A stretch of 64,000 nt of DNA from a virus. How positions within the stretch are numbered: position 1 is the stretch's first letter; each line of letters opens with the position of its first letter. The position numbers were made by a program, and so were the translations under genes. Positions 39,258 to 49,156 of the stretch are shown one piece after another. Under the pieces are notes generated by a model. That model saw only the letters and a list, made by a program, of their open reading frames with translations, had not been told where the DNA came from and ran no database searches. Location: positions 1-64,000 of the IMG/VR virus record IMGVR_UViG_3300025131_000007; one strand, 5' to 3'.

Positions 39258-40526
39258 ATGCCCACCAATATTAGCCCTAAATCTCAAGTAAGCGCCATTG
39301 TTCTAACGAGCACCGGATCCACTACTGCTGTAACCCAATCGTTGCCTTTTGGAGTCTATAACGACTCAGCCGCCTTTATTAGTGGCGCGGTAGATCAGGT
39401 TGCATATACCTATAAAAAGCTCGGCGGAGATGTCGTTGATATTGAAATAACTCCGGCTAATGTATATGCCGCCTATGAGGAAGCCGTTTTAGAATATTCC
39501 TTTATCGTTAATGTGCATCAAGGCAAAAATGTTCTTTCGAATGTGCTGGGCGAACAAACAGGAACTTTTGATCACAAAGGTGACCTTCTTACGGGGCCCA
39601 CCGGCAGCAATCTTAAATATCCCCGGTTTTCCATGGGTTATTCCCGAAAAGTTGGGGATGGAGCGGCCGCAGCCGGCGGTTTTGGGGGAACGATCCCTCA
39701 ATATTCTGCATCCTTTTTACCTAAAACACAGATTCAGGATTATGATTTGCAAAGTATTATTGAGACAGCATCATCTACAGGTCTAGATGAAAGCGGCAAA
39801 GCTGTGCCCTACGCGGGCTTAGTAGGCAATAAGAGGGTGATTGTCACCAAGGTTTTTTACCAATCTCCACGGGCAATGTGGCGCTTTTATGGTTATTTTG
39901 GCGGTATTGGGGTGGTAGGAAATTATTCCACTTATGGTCAGTTTGCTGATGATTCTACATTTGAAATAGTTCCTACATGGCAGAATAAAATGCAAGCTAT
40001 CATGTATGAAGACTCCATTGTGACTCGAACCTCAAATTATTCATATGAACTTATCGATAACAAGTTGCGGCTTTTCCCCACTCCCAGTTATTGGGGATAT
40101 GAAGATGATGACAAGATTTGGGTAAAATTTTATGTAGATTTGGGATCTTTTCAAACCGGATCGTATGATGTGGGGATTGAAGGAATCAACAATCTTAATA
40201 CGTTGCCTTTTGATAATATACCTTATGGAAATATCAATTCAATTGGAAAACAATGGATTCGGAAATATGCTCTCGCCGTTTCCAAAGAGATGCTGGGTCA
40301 AATCCGAGGTAAGTTTGCGACCATTCCTATCCCGGGTGATTCTGTGACACTGAATGCTAGCGATTTGTTATCACAAGCTAAAGAGGAACAAGAGTCTTTG
40401 AAAGAAAAATTAAAAGAAATGTTAGCTGAGACTGAATATGTAGCTCTAGCACAACAAGACCAGCAACTTACTGACGCTGCTACCGAAGTGCTGAAAGTAA
40501 CGCCGTTACCAATTTTTGTAGGATAA
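39258..40526 (+). CDS. Neck/head-tail adaptor (gp13-like)
   Basis: YKKLGGDVVDIEI; WIRKYALAVSKEMLGQIRGKF..IPG..VTLNASDL; P.FVG end. Confidence 0.8.
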   Translation: MPTNISPKSQVSAIVLTSTGSTTAVTQSLPFGVYNDSAAFISGAVDQVAYTYKKLGGDVVDIEITPANVYAAYEEAVLEYSFIVNVHQGKNVLSNVLGEQTGTFDHKGDLLTGPTGSNLKYPRFSMGYSRKVGDGAAAAGGFGGTIPQYSASFLPKTQIQDYDLQSIIETASSTGLDESGKAVPYAGLVGNKRVIVTKVFYQSPRAMWRFYGYFGGIGVVGNYSTYGQFADDSTFEIVPTWQNKMQAIMYEDSIVTRTSNYSYELIDNKLRLFPTPSYWGYEDDDKIWVKFYVDLGSFQTGSYDVGIEGINNLNTLPFDNIPYGNINSIGKQWIRKYALAVSKEMLGQIRGKFATIPIPGDSVTLNASDLLSQAKEEQESLKEKLKEMLAETEYVALAQQDQQLTDAATEVLKVTPLPIFVG

Positions 40527-40533
40527 TATATGA

Positions 40534-41022
40534 ATGGCTAATAAATGGAACCGACCCGAACAACCACCTCCCCCTCTTTTTCTAGGAGAAAAGGAGAGAA
40601 ATCTCGTAAAACAGGTTAATGACGAACTGATTGAGAAGGTCATCGGCCAGCAAATTTTATATTACCCCATCGACTTACAGACTACAGATTTTCACCCCCT
40701 TTATGGCGAAGCGATTAAGAAAAATTACCTTCCCCCGGTGCGTGTATATGCATTGGTTGAATTCACCGAATATGCAACTTCTTATTTAGAAAATGCTGGT
40801 ATAGACAAATTGTGGGAAATTGAAGTTCACTTTCACCGCCGTCGCCTTACTGAGGATCAGAACTTATATGTTCGGGAAGGGGATTTTGTTTTATACGGAG
40901 AATATTACTATGAAATCGTAAGGCTTTCGGAGCCTACGAAACTTTTTGGTCAAGTAGATTATTCTTTTGAAATCGCTGCTACATGCAAGCGTTCACGACA
41001 AGGGCTTTTCGATGCTACCTAA
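40534..41022 (+). CDS. Neck/head completion protein (gp14-like)
   Basis: ELIEKVIGQQILYYP..HPLYGEA..VREGDFV; position in the neck cluster. Confidence 0.7.
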   Translation: MANKWNRPEQPPPPLFLGEKERNLVKQVNDELIEKVIGQQILYYPIDLQTTDFHPLYGEAIKKNYLPPVRVYALVEFTEYATSYLENAGIDKLWEIEVHFHRRRLTEDQNLYVREGDFVLYGEYYYEIVRLSEPTKLFGQVDYSFEIAATCKRSRQGLFDAT

Positions 41023-41887
41023 GAATTTTGATTTTGCACAATTACCGTTCACTAAGAGCGAACTAACCCTTGAAGAAGTGGGGATGTTGTCTTCTAATAT
41101 TGAGGATATCGATTTTGCGATAACAGATTGGATAAAAAATGATTTGCGTATTACCACCCTTACTAACGAAGGTCTTTTAATGGTTCCGGTGTTGTGGCAA
41201 GTGCCCGAAAGGTCTTATCAAATTAAACATAAGAAAGCACTGCGAGATGATGCTGGCGCGCTTAAATTGCCTTTGATATCTGTTGATCGAATTGCGATTC
41301 TTAAAGATCCCCAACGAAAAGGTGGTCTTCAAGCTAACTTGTTTGCGACTCAAAAAAATGGGCTTCCTGGTCGTTTTGTTATCGCTCGTCGTATTGTTCA
41401 AGACAAGACGCGAAACTTTGCTGTGGCAGCCGGCACCCGAACAAACACTTCAGGAACTGAACAGCGGTATTATCCGCGAGTTAATAAAAAGGTAGTTGTG
41501 CAAACCGTGTCTATTCCTCTTCCCACTTATGTCAATGTGGAATATAAGATAGTATTAAAGTCAGAATATCAACAACAGATGAATGATATGATTGCCCCTT
41601 TTGTGGTTCGCCCCGGTCAAATTAACACTTTTGTAATGAAAAGAAATGGTCACATTTATGAAGGATTTGTGCAACAAGAATATACTCACTCTAACAATGT
41701 GGCTAATTTGGGGGAAGATATGCGCATGTTTAATACAGAGATTACCATCCGAGTTTTGGGATATCTGGTTGGAGAGGGCGCTAGCTCCGATCAGCCGATT
41801 GTGCGTGTTGATGAAAATACCGTAGAATATCAATTCCCTAGTGAATCGGTAGTGCCTGCCGGTAACTTTAATTTATTTGAAAAGTAG
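41012..41887 (+). CDS. Tail terminator/sheath stabiliser (gp15-like)
   Basis: Lies between neck and sheath; LKLPLISV, P.YVNVEY..QQMNDMI; ATG at 41012 preferred. Confidence 0.6.
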   Translation: MLPKNFDFAQLPFTKSELTLEEVGMLSSNIEDIDFAITDWIKNDLRITTLTNEGLLMVPVLWQVPERSYQIKHKKALRDDAGALKLPLISVDRIAILKDPQRKGGLQANLFATQKNGLPGRFVIARRIVQDKTRNFAVAAGTRTNTSGTEQRYYPRVNKKVVVQTVSIPLPTYVNVEYKIVLKSEYQQQMNDMIAPFVVRPGQINTFVMKRNGHIYEGFVQQEYTHSNNVANLGEDMRMFNTEITIRVLGYLVGEGASSDQPIVRVDENTVEYQFPSESVVPAGNFNLFEK

Positions 41888-41945
41888 GTCCCGAACTGAA
41901 AAGTCATTTTTCTTCCGCGCCCCCACTCCTTTTGAAAATAAAAAT

Positions 41946-41953
41946 ACTATTTA
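41946..41953 (+). promoter_or_regulatory. Putative late promoter ACTATTTA
   Basis: Upstream of the sheath gene. Confidence 0.6.
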
Positions 41954-42016
41954 TTTAATGATCAAGGTGGCACATTAATAGCCATTTTTAAGCGTTTTTA
42001 TAAGGAAATAACCAAC

Positions 42017-44914
42017 ATGTCAGTAAAGAAATTCAAATTTGTATCTCCTGGAGTGTTTATTAACGAGATTGACAACTCTTTTGTTCCTAAATCTGCAGAA
42101 GCCATAGGCCCAGTGGTGATTGGAAGATCAACACGCGGGATTGCAATGGAGCCAACCAAGGTGCAGTCTTACTCTGATTTTGTGGAAAAATTTGGTGACA
42201 CCGTTCCGGGTAATGGTGGGGGTGATATCTATCGAGATGGAAACCTACAATCCCCGATGTATGGAACTTATTCCGCAAAAGCTTTTTTGAAAGCTAACGT
42301 TGCTCCTTTAACCTATATTAGATTGCTAGGAAGAGAGCACACACAAGCCGACACCGACGGCCAAGCAGGGTGGAAATGTCTGAAGACCCCATCCAAAGTC
42401 GATGTGTGGCATAACGGTGGAGCATATGGTCTTTTTGTGTGGCTCAGCAGTTCACTCACCGTTGGCGAAGCGGATGGCGGCTCGGCTATCGGAACAGGAA
42501 GTTTGGCAGCAGTGTTTTATGCCAATAGTGGTTCTCTTATCACTCTCTCAGGAAATGTCATTGACGGAACAGCGGGAACCGATATTACGGGCGGATTAGC
42601 TACTGCGATTAACAGTGATAGCAGCAATAGATTATTGGCTGAGATTAATTATGCTACCGGCCCTGCCGCGTCGACCAATGCCACTACGAAACAGATTTTG
42701 TTTAATTTTGACGATACTAGCGATGATTACATTCGCAATAAGTTTAACACCAATCCTCAATTAACGGCTGGTCCCGCCGGAACGTTTTATCCCAGTAGTT
42801 CTTATACAGGCTATTGGCTTGGGGAGACCTTCGATCAAGAACTCCGGATGATGGGTGTAAGTGCTAACACTTCACTGATTGGGGCAATATATCCTATCGC
42901 TCTCAGCGGCGCTGCCACCACCGGCCTTGCGACCATGAAGCAAAGCTTCCGCAATGACACCGCCGGCTGGTTTATTGGTCAGGATTTGGGCAGAGCTATT
43001 GATTTTAACCCCCAATTGTCGCAGAAATTATTCCGATTGCGCGGAAGAAATCAGGGTGCGTGGTTGCATGAAAATTGTAAGGTTTCGATTGAAAAAATTC
43101 GTCAATCTAATTCTTCTGCCACCGAATACGGAACGTTTTCAGTAGTGATTAGGAACTTGTTTGATACTGACAACAACATCGAAGTAATGGAAAGATTCGA
43201 TAATTGCACGTTGGATCCCGCGTCTCCTAATTTTATTGCGCGCAAAATTGGCGATATGTATCACACGTGGGATACAACCTCTCGCCGGCTGAAGAGGTAT
43301 GGAGAGTATGCTAATAGTTCTCAACTGATATATGTAGAAATGAACGCTGATGTAGAAGTAGGTGCCACAGATGCCACTCTGCTGCCCTTCGGATATTTTG
43401 CACCTCCAAAGTTTTCTGATCTCGAGCAGGTTACAGGGCTCATGACGGATACTGCCGGTAATCCGATGAGTGCTTCATTTCTATATATGGGCGATGGTGC
43501 TATTACGGGGTCAAATAAGGGATTTAGCATGATTGCCGGCGTTGAGGGATTGTTTGCCACTGCCAGCTTTAACTTTCCGCCGCACCGAATGCGTGTTTCT
43601 GCGTCTGACGGCGGATTGTCGGATTTGACCAATGCTTATTTCGGATTCAGCACAACGAGAACGTCTACCTCCACACGTAGTGATAAAAACGTGGGCTTCT
43701 TGGGAAGACTTCTGTATCAAGATTTCCCCGATGATCCCACCAACGGCACTATCGAAGGTGTTGACGGCTTTGGTGCAGTCTTTTCGATGAATGATTTATC
43801 ATCTTCTACGAATGGTTATTCATATGTATCGGGATCCCGCGCCAATCAGACATCAGCCGGGTCTTACACCACAATTTTGAATGCTGGTTATGATCAATTT
43901 ACGGCTCCATTTTGGGGAGGTTTTGATGGTTTAAATATTGAGGTACCCGATCCGTTTTATAACAATGGAATGACGAGCGCCACCGAGACGACCAGTTATG
44001 CCTACAATACCCTTAAAGAGGCGATTGATACAGTCGCAGATCCGGAATTTGTAAATATGAATCTGTTGACTACTCCAGGGCTCACTAATACAGCTTTGAC
44101 GCAACATATGATAAATATATCTCAAGAACGAGCCGACACCATGGCATTGATTGATTTGCCGAACGTTTATATTCCGGCGCATGAGCAATACGAGTCTAAC
44201 AAATCTGATAGAATCGGAACTACCCCACGCAATGCTGCAATTGCATTGAGAAACAGGGCAATTGATTCGAGCTATGGAGCAACATTTTATCCTTGGGTGC
44301 AAACCGTTGATGCCACAACTAGCCAAACAGTCTGGATTCCACCTTCTGTGGCAATGCTCGGTGTCTTAGCTAGTTCTCAGGCTAAATCTGATGTTTGGTT
44401 TGCTCCCGCTGGCTTTAATCGCGGCGGTCTGACCGATGGGGCGGCAGGCATACCCATAACTAACGTGACTGAACGCGTTATCTCCAAAGATCGAGACATT
44501 CTTTATGAAGCACGAATTAACCCAATTGCCTCCTTCCCTTCAACCGGAATCGTGGTGTTTGGGCAAAAGACACTTCAGGAACGACAGTCGGCATTGGATA
44601 GAATCAACGTTCGTCGTTTGGTTATCTACCTTAAAAAGCAGATTTCGATCCTCGCTTCTCAAGTGCTCTTTGAACAAAATGTTCAAGCCACATGGAATCG
44701 ATTTAAATCAATGATTGAGCCTTTCTTGGCAAATGTCAAAGTTCAGTTCGGTATTACCGACTACAAGTTGATCCTTGACGAATCGACGACGACTCCCGAC
44801 TTGATTGATCAGAACATTATGTATGCGAAGATTATGATTAAGCCGGCTCGTGCTATTGAATACATTGCAATCGATTTTGTGGTGACTTCAACAGGTGCTT
44901 CATTTGACGATTAA
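42017..44914 (+). CDS. Contractile tail sheath protein (gp18-like)
   Basis: FVSPGVFINEID, WFAPAGFNRG, INPIASFP..VFGQKTLQ..SALDRINVRRL. Confidence 0.96.
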   Translation: MSVKKFKFVSPGVFINEIDNSFVPKSAEAIGPVVIGRSTRGIAMEPTKVQSYSDFVEKFGDTVPGNGGGDIYRDGNLQSPMYGTYSAKAFLKANVAPLTYIRLLGREHTQADTDGQAGWKCLKTPSKVDVWHNGGAYGLFVWLSSSLTVGEADGGSAIGTGSLAAVFYANSGSLITLSGNVIDGTAGTDITGGLATAINSDSSNRLLAEINYATGPAASTNATTKQILFNFDDTSDDYIRNKFNTNPQLTAGPAGTFYPSSSYTGYWLGETFDQELRMMGVSANTSLIGAIYPIALSGAATTGLATMKQSFRNDTAGWFIGQDLGRAIDFNPQLSQKLFRLRGRNQGAWLHENCKVSIEKIRQSNSSATEYGTFSVVIRNLFDTDNNIEVMERFDNCTLDPASPNFIARKIGDMYHTWDTTSRRLKRYGEYANSSQLIYVEMNADVEVGATDATLLPFGYFAPPKFSDLEQVTGLMTDTAGNPMSASFLYMGDGAITGSNKGFSMIAGVEGLFATASFNFPPHRMRVSASDGGLSDLTNAYFGFSTTRTSTSTRSDKNVGFLGRLLYQDFPDDPTNGTIEGVDGFGAVFSMNDLSSSTNGYSYVSGSRANQTSAGSYTTILNAGYDQFTAPFWGGFDGLNIEVPDPFYNNGMTSATETTSYAYNTLKEAIDTVADPEFVNMNLLTTPGLTNTALTQHMINISQERADTMALIDLPNVYIPAHEQYESNKSDRIGTTPRNAAIALRNRAIDSSYGATFYPWVQTVDATTSQTVWIPPSVAMLGVLASSQAKSDVWFAPAGFNRGGLTDGAAGIPITNVTERVISKDRDILYEARINPIASFPSTGIVVFGQKTLQERQSALDRINVRRLVIYLKKQISILASQVLFEQNVQATWNRFKSMIEPFLANVKVQFGITDYKLILDESTTTPDLIDQNIMYAKIMIKPARAIEYIAIDFVVTSTGASFDD

Positions 44915-44945
44915 CATCGCAGGGGGGAATAAAACCCCTCATCTA

Positions 44946-44953
44946 ACTATTTA
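44946..44953 (+). promoter_or_regulatory. Putative late promoter ACTATTTA
   Basis: Upstream of the tube gene; AAGGAG follows. Confidence 0.6.
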
Positions 44954-44984
44954 AAAATAGAACTTAAAAAGGAGTTACAAAACG

Positions 44985-45572
44985 ATGCCATTCTGGTCCA
45001 CAAATTTCGGGGAAGATTCCACCTTACAAGATCCTAAAAGGAAATTTAGATTTATTGTTGAATTTCAAGGAATCAACGATCAAAACGGAGGCGGAGCGGT
45101 TCTTTGGTATGCGAAGACTGTGGATAAGCCGAGTTTTACTATTAATAGCGCAGAACACAAATACTTGAATCACACATTTTATTATCCTGGTTCGGTAACC
45201 TGGAACGAGGTCGCCCTTACTTTGGTCGATCCTGTAGATCCGGATATGACTGCTACTTTATCAGATATTGTTCAAGCTAGTGGATATAGCCCACCTACGG
45301 ATGCTAATTCTTTGACAACAATGTCGAAAGCAAAATCGGCAGCAGCCTTGGGCTCCGTATTGATTCAACAATTGAATGCAGAAGGATCTCCTATTGAAAC
45401 ATGGACCTTGTGGAATTCTTTTATCTCAGATCTAAAATATGGTGAATTGGCTTATGGTGACGATGAACTCAATGAGCTTACCGTCACGCTCAAATATGAT
45501 TGGGCACGAGTCGCTACCAGCAATCCATCACGAGCCGTAGTTGGCGGTGGTGATACATTCTTTAACGTATAG
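44985..45572 (+). CDS. Tail tube protein (gp19-like)
   Basis: DPKRKFRFIVEF, TWNEVALTLVDP, IETWTL..YGELAY..LTVTLKYDW. Confidence 0.9.
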   Translation: MPFWSTNFGEDSTLQDPKRKFRFIVEFQGINDQNGGGAVLWYAKTVDKPSFTINSAEHKYLNHTFYYPGSVTWNEVALTLVDPVDPDMTATLSDIVQASGYSPPTDANSLTTMSKAKSAAALGSVLIQQLNAEGSPIETWTLWNSFISDLKYGELAYGDDELNELTVTLKYDWARVATSNPSRAVVGGGDTFFNV

Positions 45573-45592
45573 AATAAACAGAGAGGTGATAT

Positions 45593-46453
45593 TTGTCACG
45601 TAATAAAGATAGGCTTGGAATGGGAAATCCACAGCCTCAAAACATCCCTACCCCTCCACAACAAAGTAAAGCGCCCGGGGAGGGGTTTTCCTTTGTAGTT
45701 CCTACCGAATTTGTGGAGCTTCCTTCTAAAGGGCGATTCTATTCCCCTGATCACCCGTTACATATGAAAGAGACGGTGGAAATTAAACAAATGACAGCGA
45801 AGGAAGAAGATTTGTTGACTTCCCGGTCATTGTTAAAAAAAGGAGTAGCCCTGGAGCGCGTCATAGAGAGCGTATTGGTAGGTAAAAACATAAACCCTGC
45901 GACCCTACTGGTTGGCGATCGAAACGCTATTGTGGTGGCACTACGGGTGTCAGGTTACGGCAACGACTATGAGACTCATGTGTCATGTCCCGCATGTGGA
46001 TCCCAACAGAAATATGAATTTGACCTTAATGAGATTGAGGTTTACGATGGAGACTCTGAGGTAGATCCCACCACCGAGCATTTGGGAAATGGCTTTTTCT
46101 CGACAAAGCTTCCTCAAACAGAGGTGACTGTAGTTTTTCGCCTGTTGAGTGGCGCTGATGAACAGCGAGCTTTTAAACAATTTAGTGGAGCAAAAAAGCG
46201 TCAAAAAGATGAAAACCTCATCACTTCACAGTTACGCACGATGATAGTGTCAGTTAACGATAGTCAAGAGCCGGGAGATATCCACTATGTGGTGGAAAAC
46301 ATGCCCAGTTCTGACGCACGTCATCTTCGTTTGGCGTATAAACTTAGCGCTCCTAACTTGGATATGACCCAAGATTTTGCATGCACCTCTTGTGGCCAAG
46401 AACAGGAACTGGAGGTTCCGCTGACTGCGGACTTTTTTTGGCCTGACCGATGA
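45593..46453 (+). CDS. Baseplate hub/tail assembly chaperone (T4 gp26-like)
   Basis: ELPSKGRFY, MTAKEEDLL, GDRNAI..RVSGYG, CPAC/CTSC, FFWP; TTG start after GAGGTG. Confidence 0.8.
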   Translation: MSRNKDRLGMGNPQPQNIPTPPQQSKAPGEGFSFVVPTEFVELPSKGRFYSPDHPLHMKETVEIKQMTAKEEDLLTSRSLLKKGVALERVIESVLVGKNINPATLLVGDRNAIVVALRVSGYGNDYETHVSCPACGSQQKYEFDLNEIEVYDGDSEVDPTTEHLGNGFFSTKLPQTEVTVVFRLLSGADEQRAFKQFSGAKKRQKDENLITSQLRTMIVSVNDSQEPGDIHYVVENMPSSDARHLRLAYKLSAPNLDMTQDFACTSCGQEQELEVPLTADFFWPDR

Positions 46454-46703
46454 ATACAATGAAAATGTATATGAACAATTCTTTTTCCTAAAGTATTCAG
46501 GAGGATGGTCATTTTCGGAAGCCTATAATTTACCGATTGGATTGCGTCGGTGGTTTGTAGAGCGACTTATTAAACAAATTGAAATGGAGAATGAGGCGAT
46601 TCGCAAATCATCCAAAGGAGGTGGTGGTCGTTCTCAGACGTTGAGTGCTCACAATCAGCCATCTACGCCGCCTAATATTGCGAGAAGCAGAAGACAGGGA
46701 TAA
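46425..46703 (+). CDS. gp51-like chaperone extension with no ATG start; probable frameshift product of the upstream gene
   Basis: Open +1 frame ...FFGLTDEYNENVYEQFFFLKYSGGWSFSEAYNLPIGLRRWFVERLIKQIEMENEA...RQG*; absent from the ORF track. Confidence 0.7.
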   Translation: MRTFFGLTDEYNENVYEQFFFLKYSGGWSFSEAYNLPIGLRRWFVERLIKQIEMENEAIRKSSKGGGGRSQTLSAHNQPSTPPNIARSRRQG

Positions 46704-46720
46704 ATCCTGTCTTTTTTGTT
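46691..46720 (+). terminator. Rho-independent terminator overlapping the stop of the frameshift ORF
   Basis: aagacagg..cctgtctt stem followed by a T run. Confidence 0.8.
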
Positions 46721-46754
46721 GTTTAACTAATTATTTCAAGAAGGAACAGCAAGC

Positions 46755-49112
46755 ATGGCAGATAGAGTAAGCGACGAAGCAGCACTTTGGGTTGCAGCCA
46801 AAGAATCCTTGGAGGAATACAAGGAAGAACTGCGTACCATGCGGGCGGCCGGTAGCGTTTATAGCACTGCCGAAAAAGATGCCCAGCAAGACAAGATCGA
46901 GCTTCAAAATGAGTTCTTAGCTTTGTTGAAAGAAGAGGGCGCGCAAGAAGCAGAAAATATTGAAAAATTACGAGATAAAGAAGCTCTTAATGATCGCATC
47001 TTAGGCGAAGAGTTAACTCGTTTTCAACGCCGCGAAGTAGACAGAATAAAGCAGCGAGACGAAGACGAAAGACGAAAGAAGGAAATAAAATTTCTTTTAG
47101 ATCGTGTCAATAATTTGACCGCAGCAGAAGAAAAGCGCCTAAAACTTCTTATCGCAGACAATGCTGAAGCAGAAAAGCGCAACGATTATTTGCGTGAGGC
47201 TAAAGACTTAGCCGGCAGTATCGCTAGTTCTTTTAATAGCTACGGCAAACATCCATTTTTTAATGTTAACACCATAGCCAACATAACAGGCGCGATGAAA
47301 AACTTCGGAGAATTCGTAGCCAACACTCTGGAAGGAGCGGCGTTTGGTGTTATAGATTCCATGCTGAATCTCATTTTTGAAATGAACAAACACGAAGCCG
47401 CACTGAAGAAGGCTGTGCGAGCGTCTGATGATTTTAATTCTAGTTTGAGAGACACCTATAGCGAGGTGCGAGCGAACGTTGTATCCATGGATACGTTTTA
47501 TGAATCAGTGGAGGATTTAGCTAAAGGATTTACAGACTTTACGCAAATATCACAATCCTCCGCTAACGAGGTGGCAAAAATTACTTCCACAATGATCCAA
47601 GCGGGTCACAGCAGTAAAGCTCTCACCAAAGATATACAATTATTGACAGTTTCGTTTGGAATGCTGCCAAAACAAGCCACCCAAACGTTGCTGGAATTAG
47701 AGGCGTTTGCTGATGATATCGGTCTGCCAGCACCCCAACTAACGGAGAAATTTGGTGCTTTAGGGGCAGAACTAACAAAGCTGGGTCAAGACGGCGTTCG
47801 CGCATTTAAAGATTTGGCAAGAGTTTTCAAGATCACAGGCTTGGAGATGGATAAAATTCTGAAGATGACAAATCGCTTTGACACCTTTGAAGGCGCGGCA
47901 GATCAAGCAGGTCGTCTTAACGCGGCTATTGGCGGCAACTTTGTGAATGCTATGGATTTAATGACAGCAACGGATCCGATTGAGCGTTTTGAAATGTTGC
48001 GCAATTCTCTGCTTCAAGCGGGATTAGAATTTGATAACATGTCTTATTATCAACGTATCTTTTTTAAGGAATCTCTGGGTCTAGAAAGCGTGGCAGATTT
48101 GGCGGCGATGATGCGTGGAGATTTATCTTCGTTGGATGCGGAAATAGGTCAGAATGCCGCCTCATATGAAGAGATGGCAAAAAAAGCCAAGGAATCTGCT
48201 GATTTTCAAGCGAGACTCAATGCACTCATGCAACAGATGATACCGGTTTTGGGCGGCGTTATTGATGGAATCGATCGCGCCCTCGATAGTTTAGAGCGAG
48301 GTAATCCAAATTTGATTGACGTATTTAAACTCTTGGGTTCTATCATGGGGGCAATGATTGAGCACTGGGAAGCGACCTTAACTATTCTTGCCGCCTGGAA
48401 GGTGGGGATCCCCCTTGCGACCTTCTTGTGGGCGCAATTTGGAACCGCATCAACGGCTGCAGCCACAGGTAGCACCGCCATGAGCGCCGCAATTGGCCGC
48501 GTTGGCGCTGCGGCGGTGAGAGCGACACCGGGGCTTCTCATTCTTACTGGTGTGTTTGCTGCGATTGGTCTGGCAGCCTTGGGTATTGGAGCGGTTTTTT
48601 CTGGATTGGCATCGATGCTATCTGCGTTTGATTCCGATAAGTTATGGGATTTGAGCAAATGGATCGCGTCAGTTAATGTAGGAACTATCATGTTTTGGAA
48701 TGCTTCGCGCGCCATCGGCTCTTTAGCTGAATCTATAGGGGAAGTCGGTGAGGCACTAAACAATTTAGATGCCGGCAAAATGAGAGCCATTGCACAATTG
48801 TCGAAAATTGCTACCGTCGGAGCGTCAATTCCGAAAGCCGCACAAATTGAATTAGCAGATGCTATTAACACTGCGGTAAGTATGCCGGTGGTGCTGGGTG
48901 CAGCCCAGGCGACTTTGGGGGCTGGCGGTGGCGGAGGAACGACTGATAAAGTGGTGCTCTATGCTGAAATTCCGGTGTATGTAGATGGAAAAGAAATCGA
49001 GAGAAAAACATTAAAAAGCATCGCCACGTCAAAGAAGCGGAGCGTGATGAGTTCGTTGGTGAACGCTGGAATTCCCCCGGGGGCTGGCACAAGCACCCCT
49101 GGGAGACCTTGA
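46755..49112 (+). CDS. Tape measure protein
   Basis: 785 aa helical, Ala/Gly-rich, hydrophobic C-terminal part; follows tube and chaperone genes. Confidence 0.8.
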   Translation: MADRVSDEAALWVAAKESLEEYKEELRTMRAAGSVYSTAEKDAQQDKIELQNEFLALLKEEGAQEAENIEKLRDKEALNDRILGEELTRFQRREVDRIKQRDEDERRKKEIKFLLDRVNNLTAAEEKRLKLLIADNAEAEKRNDYLREAKDLAGSIASSFNSYGKHPFFNVNTIANITGAMKNFGEFVANTLEGAAFGVIDSMLNLIFEMNKHEAALKKAVRASDDFNSSLRDTYSEVRANVVSMDTFYESVEDLAKGFTDFTQISQSSANEVAKITSTMIQAGHSSKALTKDIQLLTVSFGMLPKQATQTLLELEAFADDIGLPAPQLTEKFGALGAELTKLGQDGVRAFKDLARVFKITGLEMDKILKMTNRFDTFEGAADQAGRLNAAIGGNFVNAMDLMTATDPIERFEMLRNSLLQAGLEFDNMSYYQRIFFKESLGLESVADLAAMMRGDLSSLDAEIGQNAASYEEMAKKAKESADFQARLNALMQQMIPVLGGVIDGIDRALDSLERGNPNLIDVFKLLGSIMGAMIEHWEATLTILAAWKVGIPLATFLWAQFGTASTAAATGSTAMSAAIGRVGAAAVRATPGLLILTGVFAAIGLAALGIGAVFSGLASMLSAFDSDKLWDLSKWIASVNVGTIMFWNASRAIGSLAESIGEVGEALNNLDAGKMRAIAQLSKIATVGASIPKAAQIELADAINTAVSMPVVLGAAQATLGAGGGGGTTDKVVLYAEIPVYVDGKEIERKTLKSIATSKKRSVMSSLVNAGIPPGAGTSTPGRP

Positions 49113-49156
49113 GAATAGATAGTTTAGGCGACGACAATTAGAAAGGAAACACATAA

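Noticed and set aside
44921-44940. Hairpin after the sheath gene as a terminator
   Set aside because: Short stem with no T tract; may only stabilise RNA
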